The notes beneath the pieces were generated by a model. That model saw only the letters and a program-made list of their open reading frames with translations, was not told the origin of the DNA and ran no database searches. From positions 4,631 to 68,630 of the forward strand of contig CAZBAJ010000005.1 in the NCBI GenBank assembly GCA_964490125.1: a stretch of 64,000 bases of DNA, in the 5' to 3' direction. The stretch comes from an uncultured Candidatus Saccharibacteria bacterium. GTDB taxonomy: Bacteria; Patescibacteriota; WWE3; UBA101185; UBA10185. Below, piece by piece: positions 63,888-64,000 of the stretch. Within the stretch, counting starts at the first letter, position 1, and each line of letters begins with the position of its first letter. The position numbers and the translations under genes are program-made.

Positions 63888-64000
63888 ATGGCTAAAGAAA
63901 AAAAGATAAAAGCATATGTGAAACTGAATATTCCGGCAGGTAAGGCCAATCCCGCACCTCCGGTTGGACCTTCCTTGGGTCAACATGGCGTGCCGTTAAT
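63888..64000 (+). CDS. rplK: 50S ribosomal protein L11 (5' partial, runs off window)
   Basis: My manual translation gives [37 protein letters not shown], matching the L11 N-terminus. Position after secE-nusG is canonical. Confidence 0.85.
   Translation, partial: MAKEKKIKAYVKLNIPAGKANPAPPVGPSLGQHGVPL

Noticed and set aside
1-64000. CRISPR arrays, rRNA genes, integrases/transposases
   Set aside because: I looked for regularly spaced identical repeats, rRNA-like conserved stretches and DDE/tyrosine-recombinase motifs and found none. The only tandem repeat is the coding 12-nt repeat at 12686-13447.

Overview
The window is AT-rich and gene-dense, and looks like a reduced-genome bacterium of the Candidate Phyla Radiation / Patescibacteria type. 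The evidence for that is many apparently leaderless mRNAs, a split comEC, GT-C membrane glycosyltransferases, a sortase with an LPXTG substrate, and many toxin-antitoxin pairs. Two genes are very GC-rich (27-1112 and 5155-6168), and both encode secreted proteins.

Housekeeping genes I can support: rho, obg, leuS, argS, rplJ-rplL with an intrinsic terminator, secE-nusG-rplK (partial), and five tRNAs (Ala-GGC, Ser-TGA, Arg-CCG, Arg-CCT, Pro-CGG).

Accessory content: four PIN/VapC toxin modules with varied small antitoxins, a HicB-like orphan, an AbiEi-like/DUF433 fusion, a zeta-toxin-like kinase operon, two orphan AAA ATPases, and a glycogen/alpha-glucan cluster (two glgA, two GH57, one GalT-like gene). 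There is also a competence set: dprA-comM and comEA with a split comEC.

The most interesting items are these:
- A surface-glycosylation candidate system. It combines GT-C/PMT-like glycosyltransferases, a membrane-anchored protein made of about 58 tandem S-x-x-hydrophobic tetrapeptide repeats, an adjacent Wzy_C/PglL-like membrane protein with TPR repeats, and an LPXTG protein plus sortase. Three of its promoters carry a longer shared upstream motif.
- An identical 21-nt motif at the same distance upstream of both competence operons.
- A family of GC-rich palindromic elements. Two long copies show compensatory base changes, and one relative sits in-frame inside a gene.
- An in-frame amber codon splitting a cytidylyltransferase gene.

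All protein calls are my recognition of translated motifs. No database search was run.
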